Below are positions 12,160 through 23,418 of a stretch of 64,000 nt of DNA, in pieces. Numbering within the stretch: the stretch's first letter is position 1; each line of letters opens with the position of its first letter. Made by a program: the position numbers and the translations under genes. The notes below the pieces were generated by a model that saw only the letters and a list, made by a program, of their open reading frames with translations, was not told the DNA's origin and did no database searches. The stretch covers positions 31,409 to 95,408 of the forward strand of contig JAUIIV010000004.1 of the NCBI GenBank assembly GCA_030431675.1. Reading direction: 5' to 3'. This DNA comes from Gammaproteobacteria bacterium. Lineage in GTDB: Bacteria > Pseudomonadota > Gammaproteobacteria > UBA6186 > Azoamicaceae.

Positions 12160-14052
12160 TCACTCCTGGTTTTTGTACTTAATTTTTGCTTGATCAATAA
12201 GGGAAGCTTGAACAGCAGCTATTTGCTTCTGCGCCTCAACAGAGTTAATTTGTCTTGCTACCATATCCGGCAAAGCAGAATCTTCGCCTAATTCAGTATT
12301 ACCCGCTGTTACTTTATTCAAAGCTATAACCACAAAATCGCCATCTGACAATTGCCAGCCAGCAACTGATGCCTGTTCCTGTGGCCTAGGCATAGCAAAT
12401 ACAAATTGCAAGACTTGCTTATTCACCTTACGATTATCTCGTCGTATATCTTTTTGTGTCTGCCAACTTAGCTTCTGTGCTGCTGTAGCTTTATTTGGCA
12501 ACTCACCATCTTTCAATTTTTGTTCTAACTGTAAGCCAACTTCTTTGGCACGCTCTTGCGCCTTTTGATTTAGCAATAATTCTTTAATTTGAGGTTGCGC
12601 CTCTGCAAGTTCTTGCTGATACTGTGGCTGATACTGATTCAAACGTACAACAACATAACTATCATCGCTAATACGCAGTACTTCACTGTTGAAGCCGCTC
12701 TTTAAAACATCTTCGCTAAACGCTGCTTCAACTACATTGCTTGCAGCAGCAATGCCATCACCACCATTGCGGGCAAATAACTCTGTAGTCTTAATTGGCA
12801 AATCTAACTGCTCACTGACACCTACTAGCGAGCCAGAGTTCTCATACGCAATATTTGCTAACTCTGCACCTTTATTAGAAAAGATCTTCTCAGCTGCGTC
12901 ACGCTTAAATCTATCTGATATAGTAGTCTTAACTGCCGCATACTCACGAACACTGCCACCTTTACGATCTAACAACTGAAAAATATGCCAACCCCAATCA
13001 GTTTGTACAGGTTTAGTAAATTCGCCAGGCTCTTTTAACTCATACACTTCTGCAGGATAGTCATCATTTCTGCTAATCCAACCTAAATCACCACCCTCTT
13101 CAGCTGATAATTCGTCATCAGACATCTGCTTGGCTAGCATAGCAAAATCAGCACCTTGCCGCAGACGTGCGTACAAATCGTTTATTTGTTCCTCTGCTTC
13201 ACCACCTTTAGCCATATCAGAACCTGGCTCTGCAGCAACCATAATGTGTCTAATATTGACCAAGTCTGGCTCAGCAAAAAACTGCTTATTCTGTTCGTAA
13301 TAATCACGAATATTTTCTTCACTAACCTCTATTTTATCCATTAAATCGGTAATAGATAGCTCTACATAATCCAACCTAACTTTTTCTGGCACCATAAAAC
13401 TTGTGCTATGAGCCTGATAATATTGCTCAATCTCTTGCTCATCTAAACTTACGTCTTTGATATAGTTTTTCGCTGGAATAATGCTGTATCCAAAATCGCG
13501 CTTTTGATCTCTAATCGCTATAACTAATTTTGCTTCATCCGGTAACACAAAATTAGTAGCAGAAATACCAGCATGTAATTGAGAAACCATTAATTCTTGC
13601 TTTTGACGGAACGCCAATTCTTTTTCACTAAAACCAGTTGATGCCATCATTGCTTTATAACGCTCTAATGAAAACTTTTTATCTACCTGGTAATTTGGGT
13701 TGCTACGAATACTTTCAATCAATACGTTGTCGCTTATTACAAAACCCAACTTCTGCAAGGTGCCAGTTAATGCTTGTTGTTCTACTATAGTGCGCATAAT
13801 TTGATTTTTGACGAACATCTCATCCATTGCACTAATATCATAGCCCTGCTTCTGCATATTGATGCGCCAGATGTTATACATTTCATCAATTTGCATGGCA
13901 TTAATTTTTGTACCATCAACTACAGCAACAGTACTGGGCCCGCCAATATCAAAATAACCACTCACCCCCCAAAAGGTAAAAACAAATGCAATAACTAAAA
14001 TAATGCCCCAAGCAACTATGCCCCGAGCTTTCTCACGTATTACCTGCATCAT
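12160..14052 (-). CDS. ppiD: Periplasmic chaperone / peptidyl-prolyl isomerase PpiD
   Basis: 630 aa with an N-terminal membrane anchor (GIVAWGIILVIAFVFTFWG) and a parvulin-like segment (HIMVAA...DLGWI...GWHIFQL). It sits in the conserved position after lon-hupB. Confidence 0.9.
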   Translation of the reverse strand: MMQVIREKARGIVAWGIILVIAFVFTFWGVSGYFDIGGPSTVAVVDGTKINAMQIDEMYNIWRINMQKQGYDISAMDEMFVKNQIMRTIVEQQALTGTLQKLGFVISDNVLIESIRSNPNYQVDKKFSLERYKAMMASTGFSEKELAFRQKQELMVSQLHAGISATNFVLPDEAKLVIAIRDQKRDFGYSIIPAKNYIKDVSLDEQEIEQYYQAHSTSFMVPEKVRLDYVELSITDLMDKIEVSEENIRDYYEQNKQFFAEPDLVNIRHIMVAAEPGSDMAKGGEAEEQINDLYARLRQGADFAMLAKQMSDDELSAEEGGDLGWISRNDDYPAEVYELKEPGEFTKPVQTDWGWHIFQLLDRKGGSVREYAAVKTTISDRFKRDAAEKIFSNKGAELANIAYENSGSLVGVSEQLDLPIKTTELFARNGGDGIAAASNVVEAAFSEDVLKSGFNSEVLRISDDSYVVVRLNQYQPQYQQELAEAQPQIKELLLNQKAQERAKEVGLQLEQKLKDGELPNKATAAQKLSWQTQKDIRRDNRKVNKQVLQFVFAMPRPQEQASVAGWQLSDGDFVVIALNKVTAGNTELGEDSALPDMVARQINSVEAQKQIAAVQASLIDQAKIKYKNQE

Positions 14053-14087
14053 AAGCGATTACTCTTCAATTTTTTTGTGCTGAGATG

Positions 14088-14164
14088 TGGCGGAGCGGAC
14101 GGGACTCGAACCCGCGACCCCCGGCGTGACAGGCCGGTATTCTAACCAACTGAACTACCGCTCC
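14088..14164 (-). tRNA. tRNA-Asp (anticodon GTC)
   Basis: The reverse complement GGAGCGGTAGTTCAGTTGGTTAGAATACCGGCCTGTCACGCCGGGGGTCGCGGGTTCGAGTCCCGTCCGCTCCGCCA folds as a cloverleaf with anticodon loop CTGTCAC and an encoded CCA. Confidence 0.95.
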
Positions 14165-14177
14165 ACAATGTAAGAAT

Positions 14178-14253
14178 TGGTGGGTGCTGAGGGGATCGAA
14201 CCCCCGACCCTCGCCGTGTAAAGGCGATGCTCTACCAGCTGAGCTAAACACCC
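14178..14253 (-). tRNA. tRNA-Val (anticodon TAC)
   Basis: Reverse complement GGGTGTTTAGCTCAGCTGGTAGAGCATCGCCTTTACACGGCGAGGGTCGGGGGTTCGATCCCCTCAGCACCCACCA, with anticodon stem TCGCC/GGCGA and loop TTTACAC. Confidence 0.95.
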
Positions 14254-14281
14254 AATATCCTATGATATCCTTAATTAAGTA

Positions 14282-14569
14282 CTAGCTAGTCACTTCCTCA
14301 TTGACTGCATCTTTCAAAGCTTTACCTGCTTTGAAGCCAGGAACCTTGGTTGCCTCAATATTAATTGGCTCACCAGTCTTAGGATTACGTCCAGTGCGTG
14401 CTGCACGCTCCTTAACAGAAAAAGTTCCAAAACCCATTAGCGCTACAATATCACCGGCTGATAAAGCCTTTGTAATGTTATCCAACATTGCATCCAATGC
14501 TTTAGTAGCAATATTTTTTGGTAAATCTGCTGCTTCTGCAACTGCATCTACTAACTGCGCCTTGTTCAT
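14282..14569 (-). CDS. hupB: DNA-binding protein HU (beta-type)
   Basis: 95 aa: [12 protein letters not shown]...[45 protein letters not shown], matching the canonical HU family. Confidence 0.95.
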   Translation of the reverse strand: MNKAQLVDAVAEAADLPKNIATKALDAMLDNITKALSAGDIVALMGFGTFSVKERAARTGRNPKTGEPINIEATKVPGFKAGKALKDAVNEEVTS

Positions 14570-14674
14570 TTAAAACCCCTTTAGCTTTACCCGCCTGAAT
14601 AAGCACCCATATATACCAACTCCTTTGCTGACGGTCAAGCATCTTGAGAAAATTTTGTAGCTAGTAAACACAAT

Positions 14675-16324
14675 TTAAAGATAAGAGCTGCGTGGCGAAT
14701 TAAAGATGGTGCTGTCGGGATATCTATTATGTAAGTTAATTAGATGTTGTCTTTCTTCTGCTGTTGGCTGCATATTTACTGGTTGGCCAAACAATAAGAT
14801 GCGCCGCCCGGTGTTAAGTTCTGGCATACCCTCGTCCTGAGTAGAGCGCGTAGCATTGGAGGAATGCTCTTCTTCAGCACACTTATCTTCTAACCCGCGA
14901 GCATGAGCATTTGCTAATCTACACTCTTCTTTTATTTGACCAGCTAACTCTGGATCATCTGCTTCTACTGCCTGTCCAGCTGCTTGTAATACTCTAATAT
15001 TTTCTTCCAAGCGACTTTTAGTTTCCAGTAATTGTTGGCGTCGCGCATCATTTGCTGCGCTGATGCCGCTAGCAAAAGCTTCACCAGCACGTGCCATGCC
15101 GTGATAGAAAGTGTTTTCTTGAGCTAGCCTTGCATTATATGCAGCTACAACTCCTGACAAAGTATAAATTTCTAGAGCAAGGTGTATAAGCTGAGTTTTA
15201 CTCAAAACTATTGGTAGCTCATGAGGTATTGCGATAGCCATGCGTTGTGCATCTATAGCTCCAAAATAGTCTCTTTGTAAGCGCTCAGCAATTTTTTTAG
15301 AAGCAATACGTACAGTCAATTGTTGCTGGATTAAAAATACGATTATCCATGAACAAATAGTCCTAAATGGTACACCACTTAGAATAGTAAAAGCATGATC
15401 TGCTCTACGTGCATACGGATTACTTAATGGGCTGTAAGGAACATCGACAAACCCATCAAAAGTACCATTAGTTTGACAATAGTCTGCAAATGAGAAATTA
15501 CCATTTAAGGGCATCTCACTAAACACATTACTAACATCAATAGTAACTTGTGCACTAAAATTATTTTCTGTCCCATGCAAAATACCATCAGCTAAATAAG
15601 AAACTGGGTAAAAGATTTTTATAATGTTAAAGGTTATGTTAATTAACACACAACACCAAGATAATATTATACCTACACTATTAAACTGTGCGTAACGATT
15701 TTTTATATTATATAAATTATGTAATGTATGTTTACTACCATCTTGCATTTCTACACGCATATGACTGCATGAGACCCAATATTTTTCTAAAATATTAGCA
15801 ATATCAAACTTGCTTAATTCAATATACGTGCCCTTTGATCTACCACGTACATATATTTTTTTTACTAAAATATTAGTCTGTTGTAGAATACGCACAAAAT
15901 CTCGTTGCAAACTCGCTTTAACACTAGCCTTCATAATATAATTACGGCGATCATTCATTAAAGTGAATACAGAAATGATTGCTGAAATAAAAAATTCAGC
16001 GCGAGCAGAGATCCATACACGAGAAGAAAAAGCACCCTCAAATAAACTTAAACTAAGTAACAACAAGGCTGCAAAGTCCTCAGTACTAAGCTTGCCACCA
16101 TATTTATGCTCGATATACGCTTCTAGACTCTCAAACAAGAAGTCTATGTAGTATGTCAATCGGTGCCAGATATTGCCTAAAGAGTCGCTACATGCTTCTG
16201 ATACACGTGTTATGCAAGATGGGCTATCATGTGCCGTTAGATCTATAATGCTAGGCTCTGATTGCGAGCGTGTTTGCGGGGATTGTGGAGCAAAGAGCTG
16301 GGCTTCTATATCAGTGACCTGCAT
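14675..16324 (-). CDS. ORFan membrane protein with a C-terminal coiled-coil, inserted between lon and hupB
   Basis: 549-codon ORF with AAGGAT 7 nt upstream of the ATG. About 4-5 hydrophobic helices (FAALLLLSLSLFEGAF, FFISAIISVFTLM, VGIILSWCCVLINITFNII, ICSWIIVFLIQQ), then a heptad-like QQLLETKSRLEENIRVLQAAGQAVEADDPELAGQIKEE. No recognisable domain. Confidence 0.8.
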   Translation of the reverse strand: MQVTDIEAQLFAPQSPQTRSQSEPSIIDLTAHDSPSCITRVSEACSDSLGNIWHRLTYYIDFLFESLEAYIEHKYGGKLSTEDFAALLLLSLSLFEGAFSSRVWISARAEFFISAIISVFTLMNDRRNYIMKASVKASLQRDFVRILQQTNILVKKIYVRGRSKGTYIELSKFDIANILEKYWVSCSHMRVEMQDGSKHTLHNLYNIKNRYAQFNSVGIILSWCCVLINITFNIIKIFYPVSYLADGILHGTENNFSAQVTIDVSNVFSEMPLNGNFSFADYCQTNGTFDGFVDVPYSPLSNPYARRADHAFTILSGVPFRTICSWIIVFLIQQQLTVRIASKKIAERLQRDYFGAIDAQRMAIAIPHELPIVLSKTQLIHLALEIYTLSGVVAAYNARLAQENTFYHGMARAGEAFASGISAANDARRQQLLETKSRLEENIRVLQAAGQAVEADDPELAGQIKEECRLANAHARGLEDKCAEEEHSSNATRSTQDEGMPELNTGRRILLFGQPVNMQPTAEERQHLINLHNRYPDSTIFNSPRSSYL

Positions 16325-16401
16325 ATTTACATCCTTGTAAATGTTAATTCTCCTGCAAAAATCAGTATAACTGATGTGAGGTTAAATTACACCTACAAGG
16401 A

Positions 16402-18816
16402 TTAATGTGCGCGTATCTCTAAATCATCCCCATCTGCAGAAGATTTACTCGCATCTGTCTTCGCAGATGGGTCAACCTTCAAAGGTTGCGGATTACTAAC
16501 TAAAGCTAACTCTAGTACCTGCTCTATCCATTTGACCGGATGAATATTCAATCCCTGGTAGACATTGTCCGGGATTTCTTTTAGATCTCTAACGTTTTCA
16601 TCAGGTATAATGACATTGGATATTCCTGCGCGGCGTGCAGCAAGTAATTTCTCTTTTAAGCCGCCTATCGGTAAAACCTGGCCGCGCAAAGTTATTTCAC
16701 CAGTCATTGCAAAATCACGTCGCACTGCAATACCAGTTAAAGCAGAGACCACAGCTGTACACATACCTATACCAGCACTTGGACCATCTTTAGGAATCGC
16801 TCCTTCAGGAACATGCACATGAACATCTTTAGCCTCAAAAACTTTACTCTCAATGCCCAACTCCGCAGCACGATTTCTAACTACGCTCATCGCAGCCTCT
16901 ATAGATTCTTGCATTACATCGCCTAGCTTACCAGTACGAGCTACTTTACCCTTACCTGGCATAGTAGCAACTTCTAAAGTTAAAATGTCGCCACCAACTT
17001 CAGTCCAAGCTAAACCGGTAACCAAACCAACTCTATCTTCTTCGTACATTTCTCCAAATCTGTACTTGCGTACACCAAGAAACTCCTCTAGGTCTGCTGC
17101 ATCGATGGTATACGCTTTATCTACGGCATGCATTAAAACTTGTTTAACTACTTTGCGGCATAGCTTTGATATTTCACGCTCCAAACCACGCACACCAGCT
17201 TCACGCGTGTAGTAACGCACCATATCAAGTAATGCAGCATCAGTTACCTGCAGTTCTTCTGACTTTAAGCCATTATTCTCTAATTGTTTAGGTACCAAAT
17301 AATTGCGTGCAATGTTTAGCTTTTCATCTTCGGTATATCCTGATAAACGAATCACTTCCATTCTGTCTAAAAGTGGTGCCGGAATTTCTAATGAGTTTGC
17401 TGTCGCTACAAACATTACATCAGACAAGTCATAATCAACTTCCAAGTAATGGTCGTTAAATGTATTATTTTGCTCAGGATCCAATACTTCTAATAATGCA
17501 GATGCTGGATCACCACGAAAATCCATGGCCATCTTATCAACTTCATCTAATAAGAATAATGGGTTTTTTACCTTAGACTTAGCAAGCTTCTGAATTATCT
17601 TACCAGGCATTGCGCCTATATAAGTTTTACGATGTCCGCGGATCTCAGCTTCATCACGCACACCACCTAAAGCCATACGCACGTATTCACGTCCAGTTGC
17701 ATGCGCAATAGACTTACCGAGAGAAGTTTTACCAACACCTGGCGGTCCCACTAAACACAACACCGGACCTTTTATCTTACGCACACGCTGTTGTACAGCT
17801 AAATACTCTAAAATTCGCTCTTTAACTTTTTCCAGACCATAGTGCTCAGCATTCAGGATTTGTTCAGCATCTGGCAAATTAATTTTGGCTTTGCTACGTT
17901 TTTTCCATGGCACTTGCAACATCCAGTCCACGTAGTTTCTACATACAGTAGCTTCAGCAGACATAGGAGACATCATTTTTAATTTATTAATTTCTGCCTG
18001 TGCCTTAGTCATAGCTTCCTTGGGCATACCAGACTTCTCTACTTTTTTGGCAAGCTCATCTATTTCATTGGCCCCTTCCTCACCCATTTCACCAAGTTCT
18101 TTTTGGATGGCCTTCATTTGCTCGCTCAGATAATAAGCACGTTGGCTGTTCTCCATTTGTTTCTTTACATTGCCACGAATCCGCCTCTCTACCTGCAGTA
18201 AATCAATCTCTGCTTCCATAATGCCCATTAAGTGCTCAATACGCTCTTGCAAACCAGTGATTTCTAACACTTGTTGCTTCTCAGGTATCTTAAGAGTCAT
18301 ATGTGCAGCAATTGTGTCAACCAGACGTATGGGATCATCAATACCAACCAAAGAAGTTAAAATCTCAGGTGGAATCTTTTTATTTAACTTAATGTACTGC
18401 TCAAACTGTGAAATTAAAGAACGGATTAGTACTTCAGAGTCCTGTTCCGATAAACCAGTACTCGCAAACTCGTCAACCACTACTGCAAAGAATGGATCTG
18501 ATTGTACATATTCTTTAACACAACCACGGTGAATACCCTCGACTAGCACTTTAACCGTACCATCTGGCAGCTTTAAGAGCTGTAAAATATTAGAAATAGT
18601 ACCGACAGTAAAAATATCTTCAGGAGTAGGATCGTCCTTACTAGCTTCTTTTTGGGTAGCTAATAAAATCTTCTTATTACCACGTGTGGCTGCCTCTAAA
18701 GCATGTATTGAACGTTCACGTCCAACAAATAAAGGGATAACCATGTGAGGGTAAACCACTACGTCACGTAGTGGTAATAAAGGCATTTCTATGCCTGGAC
18801 TAACAGAATCTGACAT
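16402..18816 (-). CDS. lon: ATP-dependent Lon protease
   Basis: 804 aa with Walker [10 protein letters not shown] and the proteolytic Ser motif PKDGPSAG. Colinear with E. coli Lon. Confidence 0.97.
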   Translation of the reverse strand: MSDSVSPGIEMPLLPLRDVVVYPHMVIPLFVGRERSIHALEAATRGNKKILLATQKEASKDDPTPEDIFTVGTISNILQLLKLPDGTVKVLVEGIHRGCVKEYVQSDPFFAVVVDEFASTGLSEQDSEVLIRSLISQFEQYIKLNKKIPPEILTSLVGIDDPIRLVDTIAAHMTLKIPEKQQVLEITGLQERIEHLMGIMEAEIDLLQVERRIRGNVKKQMENSQRAYYLSEQMKAIQKELGEMGEEGANEIDELAKKVEKSGMPKEAMTKAQAEINKLKMMSPMSAEATVCRNYVDWMLQVPWKKRSKAKINLPDAEQILNAEHYGLEKVKERILEYLAVQQRVRKIKGPVLCLVGPPGVGKTSLGKSIAHATGREYVRMALGGVRDEAEIRGHRKTYIGAMPGKIIQKLAKSKVKNPLFLLDEVDKMAMDFRGDPASALLEVLDPEQNNTFNDHYLEVDYDLSDVMFVATANSLEIPAPLLDRMEVIRLSGYTEDEKLNIARNYLVPKQLENNGLKSEELQVTDAALLDMVRYYTREAGVRGLEREISKLCRKVVKQVLMHAVDKAYTIDAADLEEFLGVRKYRFGEMYEEDRVGLVTGLAWTEVGGDILTLEVATMPGKGKVARTGKLGDVMQESIEAAMSVVRNRAAELGIESKVFEAKDVHVHVPEGAIPKDGPSAGIGMCTAVVSALTGIAVRRDFAMTGEITLRGQVLPIGGLKEKLLAARRAGISNVIIPDENVRDLKEIPDNVYQGLNIHPVKWIEQVLELALVSNPQPLKVDPSAKTDASKSSADGDDLEIRAH

Positions 18817-18885
18817 ACACTTTCCTGTACGATGAAATGCTAGCTAAACCACTCGCTGTTGTTAACCAGCAATACTACACTTAAT

Positions 18886-20250
18886 TTACTCTGCAGCTCT
18901 TTTAGACACTTTATCCGTAGCCTTGTCATCTTTACTACTATCACTAGGAGTCTTAGAAGTTGGGCTAGGCTTATCCGCACTTTCAAAGATTAATAATGGT
19001 TTTGACTCACCATCTACCGCAGAAGCGTCTATTACTACTTTGGTCACCCCTTCCATTGAAGGTAATTCGTACATAGTGTCCAATAAAACATCTTCTAAAA
19101 TAGAGCGTAACCCACGAGCACCTGTTTTGCGTTTCATAGCTTTCTTAGCCATTAACTCCAAGGCATCTTCGCGGAACTCAATATCCGCACTTTCCATATC
19201 AAACAGCTTTTTATACTGTTTAGTAAGTGCATTTTTTGGCTCTGTTAAAATACTAATCAAAGCTTTCTCATCTAATTCGTCAAGCATTGCTAGTACTGGC
19301 AAACGACCAACAAACTCCGGAATTAAACCATACTTAATTAAATCTTCTGGCTCTACCTGATGCATTAATTCTTGCTCAACAGCACTATCTTCTTTGCTAA
19401 TAATCTCGGCAGAAAAACCAATGCTGCTCTTATCAGTACGTTGACGAATAATCTTATCTAAACCTGCAAATGCTCCACCACAGATAAACAAAATACCTCG
19501 GGTATCGACCTGCAAGAACTCTTGCTGTGGATGTTTACGCCCACCTTGTGGCGGTACAGAAGCAACCGTACCTTCTATAAGCTTCAATAAAGCTTGCTGC
19601 ACACCTTCACCCGAAACATCACGAGTAATAGATGGGTTTTCTGCTTTACGCGAAATCTTATCTATCTCATCGATATACACGATCCCTGTTTGCGCCTTTT
19701 GCACATCATAATCGCATTTTTGTAATAGCTTCTGAATGATATTTTCTACGTCTTCGCCGACATAACCAGCTTCAGTTAAAGTGGTAGCATCAGCAATAGT
19801 AAATGGTACATTTAACAAACGAGCTAAAGTCTCTGCCAACAAAGTCTTACCACTACCAGTAGGACCAATTAAGAGGATATTACTTTTACCAATTTCTACT
19901 TCATTGTATTTTAAATCAGTATCATCTTCGCGCTGTAACTGTAATCTTTTATAGTGATTATAAACAGCAACTGATAAGATCTTCTTAGCCGAACTCTGGC
20001 CAATAACATACTGATCAAGGATATTTAAAATTTCTTTAGGTGTAGGTAGGTTTATTTCCTCACTACCACTAGTGCTAGAGGTTTTTTCTTCAACCTCTTC
20101 ACGAATTATGTCATTACATAATTCTACACACTCATCACAAATAAATACTGACGGACCTGCAATCAGTTTACGCACTTCGTGCTGGCTTTTTCCACAGAAA
20201 GAACAATACAGTAGTTTTCCGTGCCCTTTGTGATCACCTTTATCGCTCAT
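18886..20250 (-). CDS. clpX: ATP-dependent Clp protease ATP-binding subunit ClpX
   Basis: 454 aa with zinc finger CSFCGK...CDEC and Walker A GPTGSGKT. It has a C-terminal S/K/D-rich extension of about 25-30 aa relative to E. coli ClpX. Confidence 0.97.
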   Translation of the reverse strand: MSDKGDHKGHGKLLYCSFCGKSQHEVRKLIAGPSVFICDECVELCNDIIREEVEEKTSSTSGSEEINLPTPKEILNILDQYVIGQSSAKKILSVAVYNHYKRLQLQREDDTDLKYNEVEIGKSNILLIGPTGSGKTLLAETLARLLNVPFTIADATTLTEAGYVGEDVENIIQKLLQKCDYDVQKAQTGIVYIDEIDKISRKAENPSITRDVSGEGVQQALLKLIEGTVASVPPQGGRKHPQQEFLQVDTRGILFICGGAFAGLDKIIRQRTDKSSIGFSAEIISKEDSAVEQELMHQVEPEDLIKYGLIPEFVGRLPVLAMLDELDEKALISILTEPKNALTKQYKKLFDMESADIEFREDALELMAKKAMKRKTGARGLRSILEDVLLDTMYELPSMEGVTKVVIDASAVDGESKPLLIFESADKPSPTSKTPSDSSKDDKATDKVSKRAAE

Positions 20251-20355
20251 ATAATCTTACCTCATAAACTTAGATGGGGTTAAAAATTACTAATTCCAGT
20301 CCTAAGTACAACACTTACAAACATTATAACCCCAAATATGGGAATGTGCGTGACA

Positions 20356-20970
20356 CTACACTTTGCCTTCGTCAGCTCTCTGCTCAAGCGTAGAGTCAAC
20401 CAAGCCATATGCAGTAGCTTCTTCAGGTCCCATGAAGTTATCACGATCAGTATCTTTAGCAATTTTCTCTAAAGGTTGGCCAGTATGATAAGATAAAATT
20501 CTATTTAATCTGTCACGTAACTCAAGAATCTCACGTGTATGAATCTCAATGTCAGTAGCCTGCCCTTGGAAACCACCTAAAGGTTGGTGAATCATAGCTC
20601 TAGAATTAGGCAACATATGACGTTTGCCCTTAGCACCACCGGCAAGTAACAAAGCACCCATACTACATGCCTGGCCAATACATAATGTACTAACATCAGG
20701 CTTAATAAATTGCATGGTGTCATAAATAGCCATACCAGCTGTCACTACACCACCTGGAGAGTTGATGTATAAAGAAATATCTTTGTCTGGATTTTCAGAC
20801 TCTAGAAAAAGCAACTGCGCAACAACTAAGTTAGCCATTTGCTCTTCTACACCACCAACCATGAATATTACACGTTCTTTTAATAACCTAGAGTAAATAT
20901 CATACGCTCGCTCACCACGCGCGGACTGCTCTACAACCATAGGCACTAAATTGTTGGCATACTCTCTCAT
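20356..20970 (-). CDS. clpP: ATP-dependent Clp protease proteolytic subunit ClpP
   Basis: 204 aa with catalytic Ser context GQACSMGA and His context IHQPLGG. Confidence 0.97.
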   Translation of the reverse strand: MREYANNLVPMVVEQSARGERAYDIYSRLLKERVIFMVGGVEEQMANLVVAQLLFLESENPDKDISLYINSPGGVVTAGMAIYDTMQFIKPDVSTLCIGQACSMGALLLAGGAKGKRHMLPNSRAMIHQPLGGFQGQATDIEIHTREILELRDRLNRILSYHTGQPLEKIAKDTDRDNFMGPEEATAYGLVDSTLEQRADEGKV

Positions 20971-20990
20971 CCTAATCTGTTCTCCATTTA

Positions 20991-22286
20991 CTAAGCTTTG
21001 TCGTTAACAATGTCATAAAACCTTTCGGTCTTTTCTTTAATTGTAGCACCAGATACAACAAAGTCTGCAGCTTCATCAGTTAACGCCATATTGGCAACGT
21101 TCTGTTGTAAGTCTTTGTTCTCAGCATACATCTTTTGTAACATATCCAACGTAGCTCCGTACATGTTTGCCATAGACTGCAACTTAGCCAGCACTCTTTC
21201 TTTTTGAGGCTTTAGATCATTTTTACTAATCAGTTCGTTTAATAATAAGCCTATAGCAACACGCTTCTTAGCATCAATAGCTATTTGTTCTAGTTGCTCC
21301 TTAGACAAACTTTGAGCATGTGCATCTTTGCCATACTTCTCATGCATTAAATTATGCTGCTCTCTATCAACTAAAGAATCTGGCACATCAAAACTATTTG
21401 CTTCGTAAAGTTTTTCTAAAGCTTGCTCACGTAGTTTATTAGCAATTATATCTTCAACATACTTGAGCATGTTTTCTTTAATTTTGTCACGAATTTTAGA
21501 TGGGTCTTTGTCTTCTATACCAATCTTGTCTGCAAAATCTGCATCTAACGGCACTTCATTTTTAGACTGAATTTTTTTAACAGTCACCTTAAACTGAACG
21601 TCTTTACCAGCTAGGTCCTTATTTCCATAATCTTCAGGAAACTTAAGATCCAATGTACGTTCTTCATCAAGACTCGCACCTAACATGCCATCTTCAAAAC
21701 CTGGAATTAAATGACCGCTGCCTAACTCCAAGTCAAAACCATTTGCAGTCCCACCATTGAATTCTTCGCCATCTATAGAACCAACAAAATCAATAGTGAT
21801 CTTATCACCCTTCTCTGCTGCTCTATCAGTTACTTCACTCCAGGTAGCAAACTGATCTTGTAATTTACTAACACCGCTATCAACGTCTTCTTCCAAGATC
21901 TCTGGAGTTATTTTTTCTAACTCTACTTTGCTCATATCAACCAATTCAATCTCTGGGTAGACTTCAAAGGTAACGGTATAAACAAGATTTGCCTCATCCT
22001 TTAATTCTTCTACGTTAGGTTGATTTGCTGGCCGTAAGTTCTTATCGCGCAATGCCTCACCCAAGCTAGTTTGCAAAACTTGTGTAACAGCTTCTTGACG
22101 AATCTCTGGACCATACTTCTTTTGAATATAATCAACTGGCACTTTACCAGGACGAAAACCAGAAATTTTAGCCTTACTAGCAAAATTCTTAATACGTTGT
22201 TTTTCTTCGCTTTTTACTTGTTCAGCAGGCACTTCCACCGTCATACGGCGTCCTAAACTGCTGGTATTTTCTACTGATACTTGCAT
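20991..22286 (-). CDS. tig: Trigger factor
   Basis: 431 aa: [20 protein letters not shown]..., ribosome-binding GFRPGKVP motif and a central FKBP-like domain. Lies upstream of clpPX as in most gammaproteobacteria. Confidence 0.95.
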   Translation of the reverse strand: MQVSVENTSSLGRRMTVEVPAEQVKSEEKQRIKNFASKAKISGFRPGKVPVDYIQKKYGPEIRQEAVTQVLQTSLGEALRDKNLRPANQPNVEELKDEANLVYTVTFEVYPEIELVDMSKVELEKITPEILEEDVDSGVSKLQDQFATWSEVTDRAAEKGDKITIDFVGSIDGEEFNGGTANGFDLELGSGHLIPGFEDGMLGASLDEERTLDLKFPEDYGNKDLAGKDVQFKVTVKKIQSKNEVPLDADFADKIGIEDKDPSKIRDKIKENMLKYVEDIIANKLREQALEKLYEANSFDVPDSLVDREQHNLMHEKYGKDAHAQSLSKEQLEQIAIDAKKRVAIGLLLNELISKNDLKPQKERVLAKLQSMANMYGATLDMLQKMYAENKDLQQNVANMALTDEAADFVVSGATIKEKTERFYDIVNDKA

Positions 22287-22313
22287 ATTTAAATATTCCT
22301 AGATGTGTAAATA

Positions 22314-22398
22314 TGGTGCGAAAGGAGAGACTCGAACTCTCACAGGTTTCCCCGCTGGAACCTAAATCCAGTGCGTCTACCAATTCCGCCACTTTCGC
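22314..22398 (-). tRNA. tRNA-Leu (anticodon TAG)
   Basis: Reverse complement GCGAAAGTGGCGGAATTGGTAGACGCACTGGATTTAGGTTCCAGCGGGGAAACCTGTGAGAGTTCGAGTCTCTCCTTTCGCACCA, with a long variable arm, anticodon stem CTGGA/TCCAG and loop TTTAGGT. Confidence 0.95.
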
Positions 22399-22440
22399 TT
22401 TATATCTTTGTACAGCCATCAGCTGCAACTCTTATGAGCC

Positions 22441-22504
22441 TGGTAGGACTCATGATACGACCCGCTAAAGAGTCATTTGCTCTACCAACTGAGGTAACGG
22501 ACCG
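22441..22504 (-). pseudogene. Decayed tRNA-like remnant (5' half resembles a tRNA, anticodon and T arms no longer fold)
   Basis: The reverse complement GGTCCGTTACCTCAGTTGGTAGAGCAAATGACTCTTTAGCGGGTCGTATCATGAGTCCTACCA keeps an acceptor/D-arm-like CTCAGTTGGTAGAGC and ends in ACCA. No 5-bp anticodon stem or GTTCGA T-loop can be drawn. Confidence 0.4.
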
Positions 22505-22724
22505 TATAAGGGCACTATTTTGCATTAGATACACGTTTGACGCAAGCACTAAGGCTAAATATTTGATTAGTCAGGGGTAATTTTTACAGGCAAACAAACC
22601 ACTCTGCAGTTGGGTAAGCAACTATTATTTGGCTATAATTAACTTTACGTGAATTTATATTGGTAACAAATAACGTCAAAATAATGACAAATATATAAAA
22701 GTTAACAAACATTAAGCTCCAAAC

Positions 22725-23396
22725 ATGAAAGTTAAATTTTTTAGTTTTATAGGTTTATTGATAAGTTTTGCATTATTATTTGCAGCACTGCCTCTAGCAC
22801 ATGATTATGATTTCCTTGGCGTATTTATGTTGCTTGCCTTCACTTCAATTATTTTTTTCTCAGTCTATGCAGTAGCAGAAAACCGCGTAGACTTCATTAT
22901 TGCAATTTGTTTAGCTGTACCAGGGGCACTTATACATTGGATAGAAGCATTAGATAACTCTTTTTACGCACAAATAATTGATATGATTTTTTCCATGCTA
23001 CTGTACTGTTATGTATCTTATATCATCCTAAAATATATTTTTCATACAAAAGTTGTAAGTGTGAATGTTATATACGGTGCAGTATGTGTATACATGCTAT
23101 TTGGTTTTATTTGGGCTACTGCATTCACAATCTTGGAAACTGCATCTCCAGGTTCTTTTATAGGCTTAGATCCTGCTCCTACACATTTCAATTATGCAGC
23201 TATAGTGAATTATCATATAAAGTCATTGTTTTATTTTAGCTATATCACCCTAACAACTTTAGGATATGGCAATATAGCGCCTAATACTGTAGCAGCCAGT
23301 GCCATGGCTGCAGGAGAGGCTATAGTGGGACAATTATATATCACTATTCTAATAGCCAGACTTGTGGGCCTACACATTTCACAACATGCAGAGTAA
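22725..23396 (+). CDS. Potassium-channel family protein (pore signature TTLGYGN)
   Basis: 223 aa and multi-TM. The selectivity-filter motif YFSYITLTTLGYGNIAP is followed by an inner helix. Confidence 0.8.
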   Translation: MKVKFFSFIGLLISFALLFAALPLAHDYDFLGVFMLLAFTSIIFFSVYAVAENRVDFIIAICLAVPGALIHWIEALDNSFYAQIIDMIFSMLLYCYVSYIILKYIFHTKVVSVNVIYGAVCVYMLFGFIWATAFTILETASPGSFIGLDPAPTHFNYAAIVNYHIKSLFYFSYITLTTLGYGNIAPNTVAASAMAAGEAIVGQLYITILIARLVGLHISQHAE

Positions 23397-23418
23397 AAAC
23401 ACACAGCCCACCATAATA

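Noticed and set aside
14066-14251. 61-aa ORF across the tRNA-Asp/tRNA-Val region (similarly 22222-22428 over tRNA-Leu and 25711-25893 over tRNA-Arg/Pro)
   Set aside because: These spans are fully explained by canonical tRNA genes. The ORFs are by-products of GC-rich tRNA sequence.
16325-16401. Short inverted repeats (ATTTACA-TCCT-TGTAAAT, and ATCCTTGTA...TACAAGGAT 55 nt apart) between lon and the inserted ORFan as a lon terminator
   Set aside because: The stems are AT-rich and only 7-9 bp, with no U-tract, and the first one overlaps the SD of the ORFan. This is not enough to call a terminator or regulatory element.
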